Positions 9,488-17,773 of a stretch of DNA of 64,000 nucleotides are shown here, in pieces (position 1 is the first letter of the stretch; each line of letters starts with the position of its first letter). The notes beneath the pieces are model-generated. The model made no database searches. It worked only from the letters and a program-made list of their open reading frames with translations, and was not told where the DNA came from. Both the position numbers and the translations under genes were made by a program. This DNA comes from Elusimicrobiota bacterium (GTDB taxonomy: Bacteria > Elusimicrobiota > Endomicrobiia > Endomicrobiales > JBDRNC01), in NCBI GenBank assembly GCA_043811535.1, contig JBDRNC010000035.1:52650-116649 (forward strand), read 5' to 3'.

Positions 9488-9916
9488 ATGCTTTGGCCGA
9501 AATGGATGTTAATAGCTGCTGTGCTAATGGTAATTGAAATTGTGACACCGGGAAGTTTTTTCTTCGCTTGCCTGAGCATTGGCGCCATCAGCGCCGGCCT
9601 GATCAGCCTGCTGAAAGTGGCCGCGTGGGTCCAGTGGATCGTTTTCATAACAGTTTCGATTTTAACGATTTACTTTGTCAAACCGATAGCGAAAAAGTTT
9701 TTTATTCCAACGGCAAAGAAATTCAACGTAGACGCTCTAATAGGCAAAAAAGTATGGGTTACCGAAAAGATAGAGCCGGCTAATATGGGGATGGTGAAAG
9801 CCGGGGGCGCTCTCTGGAGAGCTGAGTGCGATGTTGCCGTCGAGCCGAATACATGGGTGGAGGTAACCGCTGTTGACGGCTCGCACCTTATAGTCAAGCC
9901 CGCGCAAAGCAATTAA
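9488..9916 (+). CDS. NfeD/YbbJ-family membrane protein
   Basis: N-terminal TM helices, OB-fold tail (GMVKAGGALWRA...VTAVDGSHLIV), AGGAGG RBS, and position next to an SPFH gene. Confidence 0.88.
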   Translation: MLWPKWMLIAAVLMVIEIVTPGSFFFACLSIGAISAGLISLLKVAAWVQWIVFITVSILTIYFVKPIAKKFFIPTAKKFNVDALIGKKVWVTEKIEPANMGMVKAGGALWRAECDVAVEPNTWVEVTAVDGSHLIVKPAQSN

Positions 9917-9949
9917 AAAGCTCCTGGTTGTTGTCGTTGAAGTTGTAGT

Positions 9950-9985
9950 AATCTTTGAAATCTTTCAAATCTTTACAATCTTAAA
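9950..9985. repeat. 9-bp tandem repeat (AATCTTNNN x4)
   Basis: aatctttga aatctttca aatctttac aatcttaaa. Confidence 0.7.
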
Positions 9986-10007
9986 ATTGTCTTAAAGGAG
10001 GTCGCAT

Positions 10008-10889
10008 ATGCCCCCACAGTTGATAGTTGTATTGGTAGTGCTTGCCGTGATCTATATTTTTCGCGCGATAAGGATCGTGCAACAGTATGAAAAAGGGCTT
10101 GTAGAGACTCTCGGGCAGTATTCCCACACCGCTGAACCGGGATTGGCAATAATATTCCCGCCGTTCCAGCGCCTGCGGAAAATAGATGTGAGAGAACAGG
10201 TAATCGACGTCCCGCCGCAAGGAGTGATAACGAAAGACAATGTGCAGGTTGTAGTTGACGCAGTCATATATTTCCAGATAAGCGACCCGAAAAGGGTTGT
10301 TTATAACGTCGCGAATTTCGCCCTGGCCGCTTTGAAGCTAGCGCAGACGAACCTTAGAAACGTCATCGGCGACATGGAACTTGACCAAACCCTTACTTCG
10401 CGCGAAAAAATAAATACCCAGCTGCGTGAGGTGCTTGACGAGGCGACCGATGCCTGGGGAGTAAAAGTCACAAGGGTGGAGATCCAGAAAATAGACCCTC
10501 CGGTAGACATTACCGACTCTATGTCGAAACAAATGAAAGCCGAGCGCGAGAAAAGGGCTGCGATCATAGAGGGAGAAGGTTTCAGGCAATCCAACATATT
10601 GAAAGCCGAAGGCTTGAAACAGGCGGCTATCCTGGAATCCGAGGGGAGAGCGGAAGCAATAAAAAGAGTGGCTGATGCGGAAAAGTACCAGATAGAAATT
10701 GTTTACACCGCGATACATTCCGGGAAACCTACAAACGACCTTATCGCTATAAAATATCTTGAAACGCTGGCAAAAGTCGCCAACGGTCAGGCGACCAAGA
10801 TATTTCTGCCCCTTGAGTCAAGCGGAGTGTTAAGCTCAATTGCGGGAATAGCGGAACTTTTCAAAGAGAAACAGGAGAACAAAAAATAA
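10008..10889 (+). CDS. SPFH/band-7 (stomatin/QmcA-like) protein
   Basis: QGVITKDNV, QTNLRNVIGDMELDQTLTSREKIN and QMKAEREKRA. Confidence 0.93.
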   Translation: MPPQLIVVLVVLAVIYIFRAIRIVQQYEKGLVETLGQYSHTAEPGLAIIFPPFQRLRKIDVREQVIDVPPQGVITKDNVQVVVDAVIYFQISDPKRVVYNVANFALAALKLAQTNLRNVIGDMELDQTLTSREKINTQLREVLDEATDAWGVKVTRVEIQKIDPPVDITDSMSKQMKAEREKRAAIIEGEGFRQSNILKAEGLKQAAILESEGRAEAIKRVADAEKYQIEIVYTAIHSGKPTNDLIAIKYLETLAKVANGQATKIFLPLESSGVLSSIAGIAELFKEKQENKK

Positions 10890-10890
10890 A

Positions 10891-10999
10891 TTCAAATGAC
10901 AAAGCACAAATAACAAAATGAATTTAAAATATTAAAATCAAAAATGTTTTGTGCTTTAATATTATCGTTATATTTTGACATTTGAATTTTGGATTTTGC
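10891..10999. repeat. Inverted pair of 7-bp tandem repeats
   Basis: CAAA at period 7 (10893-10920) mirrored by TTTG at period 7 (10974-10998). Confidence 0.7.
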
Positions 11000-12079
11000 A
11001 TGATAGGTCTATACATTCATATCCCTTTCTGCAAGAAGAAATGCCGTTATTGCGATTTTGTTTCATTCCCCGGAAAACATGATCTGATACCGGCGTATCT
11101 TGAAGCGCTTTACACTGAATTGAAACGGTATTCCGGTCAATCGCTGGTTTCAATTTACGCGGGCGGAGGCACGCCTACGCTGCTTTCACCCGGGCAGGTA
11201 AGAGAATTGTTTGGCGCCATAAGGAATAGTTTCAATTGCATTCATCTGTCCGAAATAACTTTCGAGGCGAATCCGGAATCCTTAAGCGAAGAAAAACTTG
11301 GCGCGCTTAAAGTCGAAGGAGTGAACCGCCTGAGCATAGGCGCGCAGTCGTTTTGCGAGCGGAACTTGAGCTACCTCGGCAGGATTCATACTGAAGACGC
11401 CGTTAAAAAAGCCGTAGCTGCCGCGCGAAAACATCATTTTTCCAACATAGGACTTGATTTGATTTACGGCGTGCCGGGCCAGACGCTGCCGGAATGGCAA
11501 GCGGATCTGAAAAAGGCCGTTTCATTGAAACCCGAACATATATCTGCCTATCCGCTCACTATTGAGCCGGATACTCCGCTTCATTCCGAAGGAACCGAAG
11601 TTGACGAGGATTTCCAGGCGGAGTTGTACGAATGGACGATGGATTACCTGTTTTCCGAAGGATACCAGCATTACGAGATATCCAACTGGTCGCTTCCGGG
11701 ATTTAAGTGCAGGCACAACATGATATACTGGGATAATCAGGAATACATGGGTGTTGGAGCAGCTGCGGCGTCGTATTTCAAGGGTGTCCGCAGAAAAAAT
11801 TGCGGAACGATTGAAGAATACATCAGCAGAGCCGCCGCAGGTAAGGATATTTCCGAGGAATCGGAAACCATAGACCCGGTTACTAAAATTTCAGAAGAGA
11901 TCATCCTGAAGCTCAGGTGCGCCGGAGGCGTTGAAGTCTCGGAGTATATCGCTTCAAGATACGGCGAAACCATAAATAAATTTCTTGAACAGAAACTGCT
12001 CGAACGCAGGGATAAGAGTGTTAGACTTACAAAGAGGGGTTTCATCCTCGCGAACCAGGTAATGCGCGAGTTTGTTTAG
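11000..12079 (+). CDS. hemW: Radical SAM heme chaperone HemW (HemN-like)
   Basis: GLYIHIPFCKKKCRYCDF, GGGTPT, FEANPES and HYEISNW. Start ATG 11000. Confidence 0.9.
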   Translation: MIGLYIHIPFCKKKCRYCDFVSFPGKHDLIPAYLEALYTELKRYSGQSLVSIYAGGGTPTLLSPGQVRELFGAIRNSFNCIHLSEITFEANPESLSEEKLGALKVEGVNRLSIGAQSFCERNLSYLGRIHTEDAVKKAVAAARKHHFSNIGLDLIYGVPGQTLPEWQADLKKAVSLKPEHISAYPLTIEPDTPLHSEGTEVDEDFQAELYEWTMDYLFSEGYQHYEISNWSLPGFKCRHNMIYWDNQEYMGVGAAAASYFKGVRRKNCGTIEEYISRAAAGKDISEESETIDPVTKISEEIILKLRCAGGVEVSEYIASRYGETINKFLEQKLLERRDKSVRLTKRGFILANQVMREFV

Positions 12080-12120
12080 ATAGCTTTCCGCGGAGTTTAT
12101 TGAATAAAGGAGAATGCCAG

Positions 12121-13251
12121 ATGACCGAAGTGTCAGTTGTGATCCCCTGCCTGAATGAAGAGCTTTGCATTGAAAAATGCGTGGCCAAAGCGTTGCATTC
12201 CTTCCAGAAAGCCGGGCTCGAAGGCGAGGTTATTGTCGTTGACAACGGTTCTACGGACAAGTCAGTCGAGGTGGCGACAAAAGCCGGTGCGCGCGTAGTT
12301 CAGGAGTCTTTGAAAGGTTACGGCAGTGCTCTCAGAAGGGGGATTGAAGAGGCAAAAGGAAGGTATATCGTGATGGCAGACGGCGACGATACCTATGATT
12401 TCCTTGAAACAGCGAAATTCGTGGAACTTCTCAGGAAAGGGAACGACCTTGTAATGGGCTCGAGGTTCCGCGGAAATATTCTTCCAGGCGCGATGACATG
12501 GTCCCACAGATACGTGGGTAATCCCATACTTTCAGGCATGCTCAAGCTGTTTTTCGGCGGGGGCGTATCCGACGCTCACTGCGGATTGAGAGCCTTTACG
12601 AAGGACGCTTATAACAAAATGAGTCTCCATACAACGGGCATGGAATTCGCGAGCGAAATGGTCATCCACGCGATGAAGAAGAAGCTGAAGATCACCGAGA
12701 TCCCGATAACGTATTATCCCAGGCAGGGCGAGTCAAAGCTGGCATCGTTTCGGGACGCTTGGAGGCACATACGGTTCATGCTGCTGTACTCACCGAGCTA
12801 CATGTTCGTCTGGCCCGGTATAGCGATATTCGTCGTCAGCATCGCCGTCTCGGTCAAACTGCTTTCCGGGCCGATATTTTTTCTGGGACGGCCGTGGGAC
12901 ATACACGTCATGGTTTTCTGCTCGATGTTCGCGTTGCTAGGGTGGCAGATATTGAATACCGGCCTTGCCGCAAAGGCTTTTTCGTACGCGATAAGCCTGG
13001 AGCAGGAAGGGAAGACAAAGGTGCTGCTGCGTTTCATAACGCTTGAACGTTCGCTTCTGTTCGGGTCGGTGTTAATTGCGGCGGGACTGGCTATCATCGT
13101 ATTTATTTTCGTCAAATGGGCGAAGAACGATTTTGGGCAGCTTTCCGAGATAAAGTCCGGCATACTTTCACTGACGCTCATCGTGATGGGCCTGCAGACC
13201 GTTTTTAATTCGTTCCTGGTAAGCATGTTCCAGATAAAGTATAAATCTTGA
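12121..13251 (+). CDS. GT2 polyprenol-phosphate glycosyltransferase (DPM1-like) with C-terminal TM helices
   Basis: VVIPCLNEE, VVDNGSTD, MADGDDTYD, DAHCGLRAF and GMEFASEM. AAAGGAG RBS before ATG 12121. Confidence 0.88.
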   Translation: MTEVSVVIPCLNEELCIEKCVAKALHSFQKAGLEGEVIVVDNGSTDKSVEVATKAGARVVQESLKGYGSALRRGIEEAKGRYIVMADGDDTYDFLETAKFVELLRKGNDLVMGSRFRGNILPGAMTWSHRYVGNPILSGMLKLFFGGGVSDAHCGLRAFTKDAYNKMSLHTTGMEFASEMVIHAMKKKLKITEIPITYYPRQGESKLASFRDAWRHIRFMLLYSPSYMFVWPGIAIFVVSIAVSVKLLSGPIFFLGRPWDIHVMVFCSMFALLGWQILNTGLAAKAFSYAISLEQEGKTKVLLRFITLERSLLFGSVLIAAGLAIIVFIFVKWAKNDFGQLSEIKSGILSLTLIVMGLQTVFNSFLVSMFQIKYKS

Positions 13252-13253
13252 GA

Positions 13254-13352
13254 CAGTATTGGATATTGGGTATCGTGTATTGAGTAATGCGTTAGCCATG
13301 GAAGACATATAAATATTTTAATTTATTTCACAATACACAGTACGCAATACGC
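13254..13352. repeat. Inverted pair of 7-bp tandem repeats
   Basis: cagtatt ggatatt gggtatc gtgtatt gagtaat ... cacaata cacagta cgcaata cgc. Confidence 0.65.
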
Positions 13353-13362
13353 CCTTAAATAA

Positions 13363-14826
13363 ATGAAAATTCTTGTAATCAACGAACCGTTTGTGCCTGA
13401 TTTCTGCAGAACGCAGAGGTGGGCCGCCCGCACGCGAGGGCGCGTTCTTCGCGCCCCTGACTGGTTGGCATACGCAGCAGCTGTTCTTGAAAGGGATATT
13501 CCTGAAGCGGAAACGAAACTTTTTGATTTTCCGGCGATGGGATGGGACAGGAAAGAGTATTCGGAAATAATAGCTTCTGAAAAACCTGATTTTCTTGTTC
13601 TTGACGCGACCACACCTTCAATCTACTCGGATATCGAATACGCCAGATCGGCAAAAGATATCTGCGGCGCGAAGGTCATAATGGTAGGCCCGCATGCGGC
13701 TGCCCTGCCGGAACAGACGCTCCTGGAATCAAAAGGCGCCGTAGACGTTGTATGCGTTGGCGAGTACGATTATACCGTCCGCGATATTATAAGAAATTTC
13801 GGCAATCTTTCCGGTGTGCCTGGAATATGTTTCACGGAGAACGGGAAACCGAAGCGCACGGCCGCGCGCGGTTTTATAGAGGATCTTGACGGCCTGCCTT
13901 TTCCGGCATGGCATCATCTGGACCTGATGAAATATTTTGACGGCGGGAAACTGTACCCCTACATAGATATCATTTCGGGAAGGGGGTGCCCGAACCAGTG
14001 CATATTCTGCCTCTGGCCGCAGGTAATGCACGGTTTTAAATACCGTCTCAGGAGCCCGAAGAACGTAGTGGACGAGATAGAGCATGATATAAAACTCTGT
14101 CCGCAGGTTCTGAAAGGCGGGGAATTCTTTTTTGAAGACGATACATTCACAGTTAACAAGGAACGCGCGCTGAATATCTGCGAAGAGATAATGCGCCGGG
14201 GACTGAAAATAACTTTTTCAGTGAACGCGAGAGTTGATACCGCCGACGCGGAACTGTTCGGGGTAATGAAAAGGGCGGGTTGCAGGGAACTGCTTGTCGG
14301 TTTTGAATCGGGCTCGCAGGAAGTCCTGGACAAAATGCATAAGAGGATTACCCTGGAACAGTCCAAAAACTTCACGGCGCTTGCTAAACAGTCCGGGCTT
14401 CAGGTCCACGGCTGTTTTGTCATAGGGCTCCCGGGAGAAACCGAAAAGACCGCAAGACAGACGCTGGATTTCGCGCTCGGGCTTGACCTGAACACTATTC
14501 AGTTTTCGGGTGCTGTACCTTTCCCCGGAACTGAATTCTTCAGGATATGCGAAGACAGCGGCTGGCTTCTGACCAAAGAATGGAACAAATGGCTGTCTTC
14601 GGGTGAACAGCAGGGGGTCGTTTCGTACCCTACCATAAGCCAGGAGAAGATCAATCATTACGTCGATATGGGGCTAAAGAAATTCTATTTTAGGCCGGCG
14701 TATATGCTAAGGTTCCTGCTTGAGACGCGTTCTTTCGCGGACCTTTACAGGAAACTGCGCGGAGCCGCGAACTTTATATCTTACCTGCTCCGAAAAGACA
14801 AAAATGACAAGGGATCCGGAAACTGA
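13363..14826 (+). CDS. Cobalamin-binding radical SAM protein, HpnJ-like
   Basis: N-terminal B12-binding Rossmann domain (PDWLAYAAAVL, VGPH, GEYD), GRGCPNQCIFCLWPQ, EDDTF and VGFESGSQ. Confidence 0.88.
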   Translation: MKILVINEPFVPDFCRTQRWAARTRGRVLRAPDWLAYAAAVLERDIPEAETKLFDFPAMGWDRKEYSEIIASEKPDFLVLDATTPSIYSDIEYARSAKDICGAKVIMVGPHAAALPEQTLLESKGAVDVVCVGEYDYTVRDIIRNFGNLSGVPGICFTENGKPKRTAARGFIEDLDGLPFPAWHHLDLMKYFDGGKLYPYIDIISGRGCPNQCIFCLWPQVMHGFKYRLRSPKNVVDEIEHDIKLCPQVLKGGEFFFEDDTFTVNKERALNICEEIMRRGLKITFSVNARVDTADAELFGVMKRAGCRELLVGFESGSQEVLDKMHKRITLEQSKNFTALAKQSGLQVHGCFVIGLPGETEKTARQTLDFALGLDLNTIQFSGAVPFPGTEFFRICEDSGWLLTKEWNKWLSSGEQQGVVSYPTISQEKINHYVDMGLKKFYFRPAYMLRFLLETRSFADLYRKLRGAANFISYLLRKDKNDKGSGN

Positions 14827-15755
14827 TGGATAAACAATTCTTGAAGCTTTTAAAATGCCCCGAAACCGGAGAGGACCTTGTTGTTTCCGGAAACGAGCTT
14901 ACATCATCCGGAGGAGGGCGCAGGTACAAGCTGTCCTCTGCGGGAATACCGATGTTTGCCGCCGCGTGTTTTTCTCCGGAAGGCAAGATACAAGAAAAAC
15001 ACTACAATAAGGTCGCCGCAGAATACCTCGAAAACCTCGGCTACTCCCACACAAAATACTATATTTCTTATCTCAACAGACTCTTAATGAAGTATTTTGA
15101 TAAGGGAAAAACGGTCGTGGCCGCGGAGATTTGCTGCGGCGATGGGGAAGGGCTTAAGATGATCGGGAAAACCCTTGAGCTCGGAGTTGGGGTAGACGTG
15201 TCGTGCTCAATGCTGGAAGGGGCGAAGAGAAATCTTGCCAACGGAAATGTCTTTTTTGTCCAGGCGGACGCGACCTTGCTTCCTCTCAAAGATAGCAGTT
15301 TTGACGCTGCCGTATTGCTGGGCGGTATACATCATGTTATCAACAGGGAGAAACTGTTCTCCGAAATATACAGAATATTGAAGCCCGGGGGGAAACTTTA
15401 CTGGCGCGAGCCGCTGAATGATTTTCCGCTTTGGAAGTGGCTCAGGTATATCGTGTACCGTCTTTCTCCGGCGCTGGATTCCAAGACGGAAGCCCCGCTG
15501 GAATACAAACTTACGAAAAAACAGCTCAACGACGCGGGCATTTCGCTGAAACTCTGGAACACGTGCGGTTTTCTGGCTTTCGCGCTGTTCATGAACAGTG
15601 ATGTGCTTGTTATTACAAGGTTGTTCAGGTTCGTGCCCGGAATTGAGATTCTTGTGAAAATGGCCGCGAAATTCGATGAATATCTTCTAAATATAGACGT
15701 GTTCAGAAATCTCGGTTTTCTTGTTATAGGTATGGCCGAAAAACGGAGGCAGTGA
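14826..15755 (+). CDS. Class I SAM-dependent methyltransferase with N-terminal Trm112-like domain
   Basis: N-terminus LLKCPETGEDL...RYKLSSAGIP, motif I variant EICCGDG, GVDVS, and DATLLPLKDSSFD...RILKPGG. Confidence 0.82.
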   Translation: MDKQFLKLLKCPETGEDLVVSGNELTSSGGGRRYKLSSAGIPMFAAACFSPEGKIQEKHYNKVAAEYLENLGYSHTKYYISYLNRLLMKYFDKGKTVVAAEICCGDGEGLKMIGKTLELGVGVDVSCSMLEGAKRNLANGNVFFVQADATLLPLKDSSFDAAVLLGGIHHVINREKLFSEIYRILKPGGKLYWREPLNDFPLWKWLRYIVYRLSPALDSKTEAPLEYKLTKKQLNDAGISLKLWNTCGFLAFALFMNSDVLVITRLFRFVPGIEILVKMAAKFDEYLLNIDVFRNLGFLVIGMAEKRRQ

Positions 15756-16705
15756 TGGGAAATAAACACTTGAGCATTGTTATTCCGGTTTACAACGAGC
15801 AGGACAGCGTACAGGAACTGTACGGGAAACTGAAACAGCTTAAAGGCGAGTATAATGGGAAGATAGATATCATTTTCGTGGACGACGGTTCGACGGATTC
15901 AACCGGAAAAATACTGAAGGATATCGCGGAACGGGACAAATCGGTTTCCATGATCATACTGAACATGAACTACGGCCAGACGCTGGCGCTCGCGGCGGGC
16001 ATCAAGAGTTCAATCGGGGAAATAATCGTGACGATGGATTCGGATCTCCAGAACGATCCCATGGACATCCCTAAACTGCTTGAAGGGATAGAGATGGGAT
16101 ATGACGTTGTGAGCGGATGGAGGAAGGAAAGAAAGGACGCCTTTTTCTCGAGACTTCTTCCGAGCATGGCGGCTAACGCCCTGATATCCTTCCTGACCCG
16201 GATAAAACTGCACGATTTCGGATGCACTCTCAAGGCGTACCGCAGGGAATACGTAGATAATATATCCATCCACGGAGAGATGCACAGGTTCCTTCCCGCG
16301 TATTGCGCGTGGCAAGGAGCCAGGATAGTCGAAATCGTGGTCAACCATCACGCGAGGAAGTACGGAAAATCAAAATACGGTTTTGGAAGCAGGACGTTCA
16401 AAGTGCTGCTCGATCTTTTGGTCCTTAAATTCATCTTATCGTATTTTACGAAGCCCATCTACGTTTTCGGCGGGGTGTCGCTGGTTTCGGTCGTCCTGGG
16501 CATTCTCTCGGGCGCCGCGGCTGTAATAAGCAAGCTTTACTTAACGAGCAAGTTGATAGTGCTTTTGTCATATACGAGCGTACTGCTGATTTTCCTCGGC
16601 ATAATCTGTTTTTTGATGGGCCTGCTTGCGGAAGTCCTTGTCAGGCTGTATTTTGAGGTCAGGAAACAGCCGATCTACAGGATAAGGGAAAAAATAAATA
16701 TTTAA
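15752..16705 (+). CDS. GT2 undecaprenyl-phosphate glycosyltransferase (ArnC/GtrB-like)
   Basis: IVIPVYNE, VDDGSTD, NYGQTLA, MDSDLQNDP, DFGCTLKAY, GEMHRFLP and two C-terminal TM helices. Confidence 0.9.
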   Translation: MMGNKHLSIVIPVYNEQDSVQELYGKLKQLKGEYNGKIDIIFVDDGSTDSTGKILKDIAERDKSVSMIILNMNYGQTLALAAGIKSSIGEIIVTMDSDLQNDPMDIPKLLEGIEMGYDVVSGWRKERKDAFFSRLLPSMAANALISFLTRIKLHDFGCTLKAYRREYVDNISIHGEMHRFLPAYCAWQGARIVEIVVNHHARKYGKSKYGFGSRTFKVLLDLLVLKFILSYFTKPIYVFGGVSLVSVVLGILSGAAAVISKLYLTSKLIVLLSYTSVLLIFLGIICFLMGLLAEVLVRLYFEVRKQPIYRIREKINI

Positions 16706-16772
16706 TCCCCCGCCGCGGCGGGGAAAAAGGCCGCATAAATAATCCCCTTTCGGGGACACAGGAGAAGCTCCA

Positions 16773-17771
16773 CTGCGAAAAGAACTCCTCGAATATATCT
16801 GCTGTCCGAAATGCGGCAAAGATTTTAAACTTGAGATAATGTCCGAACAATCGGGCCACATTTATGATGGCTCGCTTCTATGCGGCGGGTGCGCCTCGTC
16901 ATTCCCGGTTGAAGAGGGGGTCCCGAACCTGCTTATAGTCAGGGACAACAAGCAGGAAAAAGTCATGGCAAAGGGATTCGAGTACGAGTGGAACCTTTTC
17001 TTTAAGAAAGACAAGCCGTATTTCAAGGAGATGTTCCTTGAGTGGGTCACGCCGCTCAAGCCCGAGGATTTCAGGGATAAGGTTGTTCTGGACGCTGGCT
17101 GCGGAATGGGGCGGAACACGATGGTGTGCGGTTCATTCTCTCCGAAAGCTGTGATAGGTATGGACATACACGACGGAGTAAAAGTTCTGTTCGAGAACTC
17201 AAAGTCAATATCTAACATGCACGTAGTAAAAGCGGATATATTCCATCTCCCGTTCAAAACAATATTTGATGCCGCGTATTCTATCGGAGTCATTCACCAC
17301 ACGCCTGACCCGACCAAGGCGTTCAATAGCCTTGCGTCGGTGCTGAAACCGTCCGGGATGCTTTCAGTTTTTGTCTACGGCAGGGAGAAAAATACGCTGG
17401 TAGCCGACCATATCGGACTTTTGAGGGTAAAACTTTTTTCAAGGCTTCCAAATACAGTTCTATTAGCGTTATCGAAAGTCCTCGGACTGGTTCTTTTCGC
17501 GTATCTGCGCTATATTTTCTGCCCGCTGATCCGCGTCTTTCCTGCGGTTAGAAGAAATATCAGTTATTCGGATTACTTCCTATGGTTGAACAAGACGGAT
17601 ATTGAATACTGCGTGCATGTGGTTTTTGACCACCTGGTCACTCCGATAGCTTCTTATCATTCAACGGCGGAACTGGTAAACTGGTACGGCTCAAACGGTT
17701 TCTCGGATGTTAAGATATGGAACCGATATAATATCACTCACGTGGGTTTCGGAAGGAAAAGCCGGGAATAA
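16773..17771 (+). CDS. Class I SAM-dependent methyltransferase with N-terminal Trm112-like Zn finger, probable CTG start
   Basis: VLDAGCGMGR and YSIGVIHHTPDP. The in-frame extension upstream of ATG 16839 reads (L/M)RKELLEYICCPKCG, with AGGAG 8 nt before CTG 16773. Confidence 0.82.
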   Translation: MRKELLEYICCPKCGKDFKLEIMSEQSGHIYDGSLLCGGCASSFPVEEGVPNLLIVRDNKQEKVMAKGFEYEWNLFFKKDKPYFKEMFLEWVTPLKPEDFRDKVVLDAGCGMGRNTMVCGSFSPKAVIGMDIHDGVKVLFENSKSISNMHVVKADIFHLPFKTIFDAAYSIGVIHHTPDPTKAFNSLASVLKPSGMLSVFVYGREKNTLVADHIGLLRVKLFSRLPNTVLLALSKVLGLVLFAYLRYIFCPLIRVFPAVRRNISYSDYFLWLNKTDIEYCVHVVFDHLVTPIASYHSTAELVNWYGSNGFSDVKIWNRYNITHVGFGRKSRE

Positions 17772-17773
17772 AT

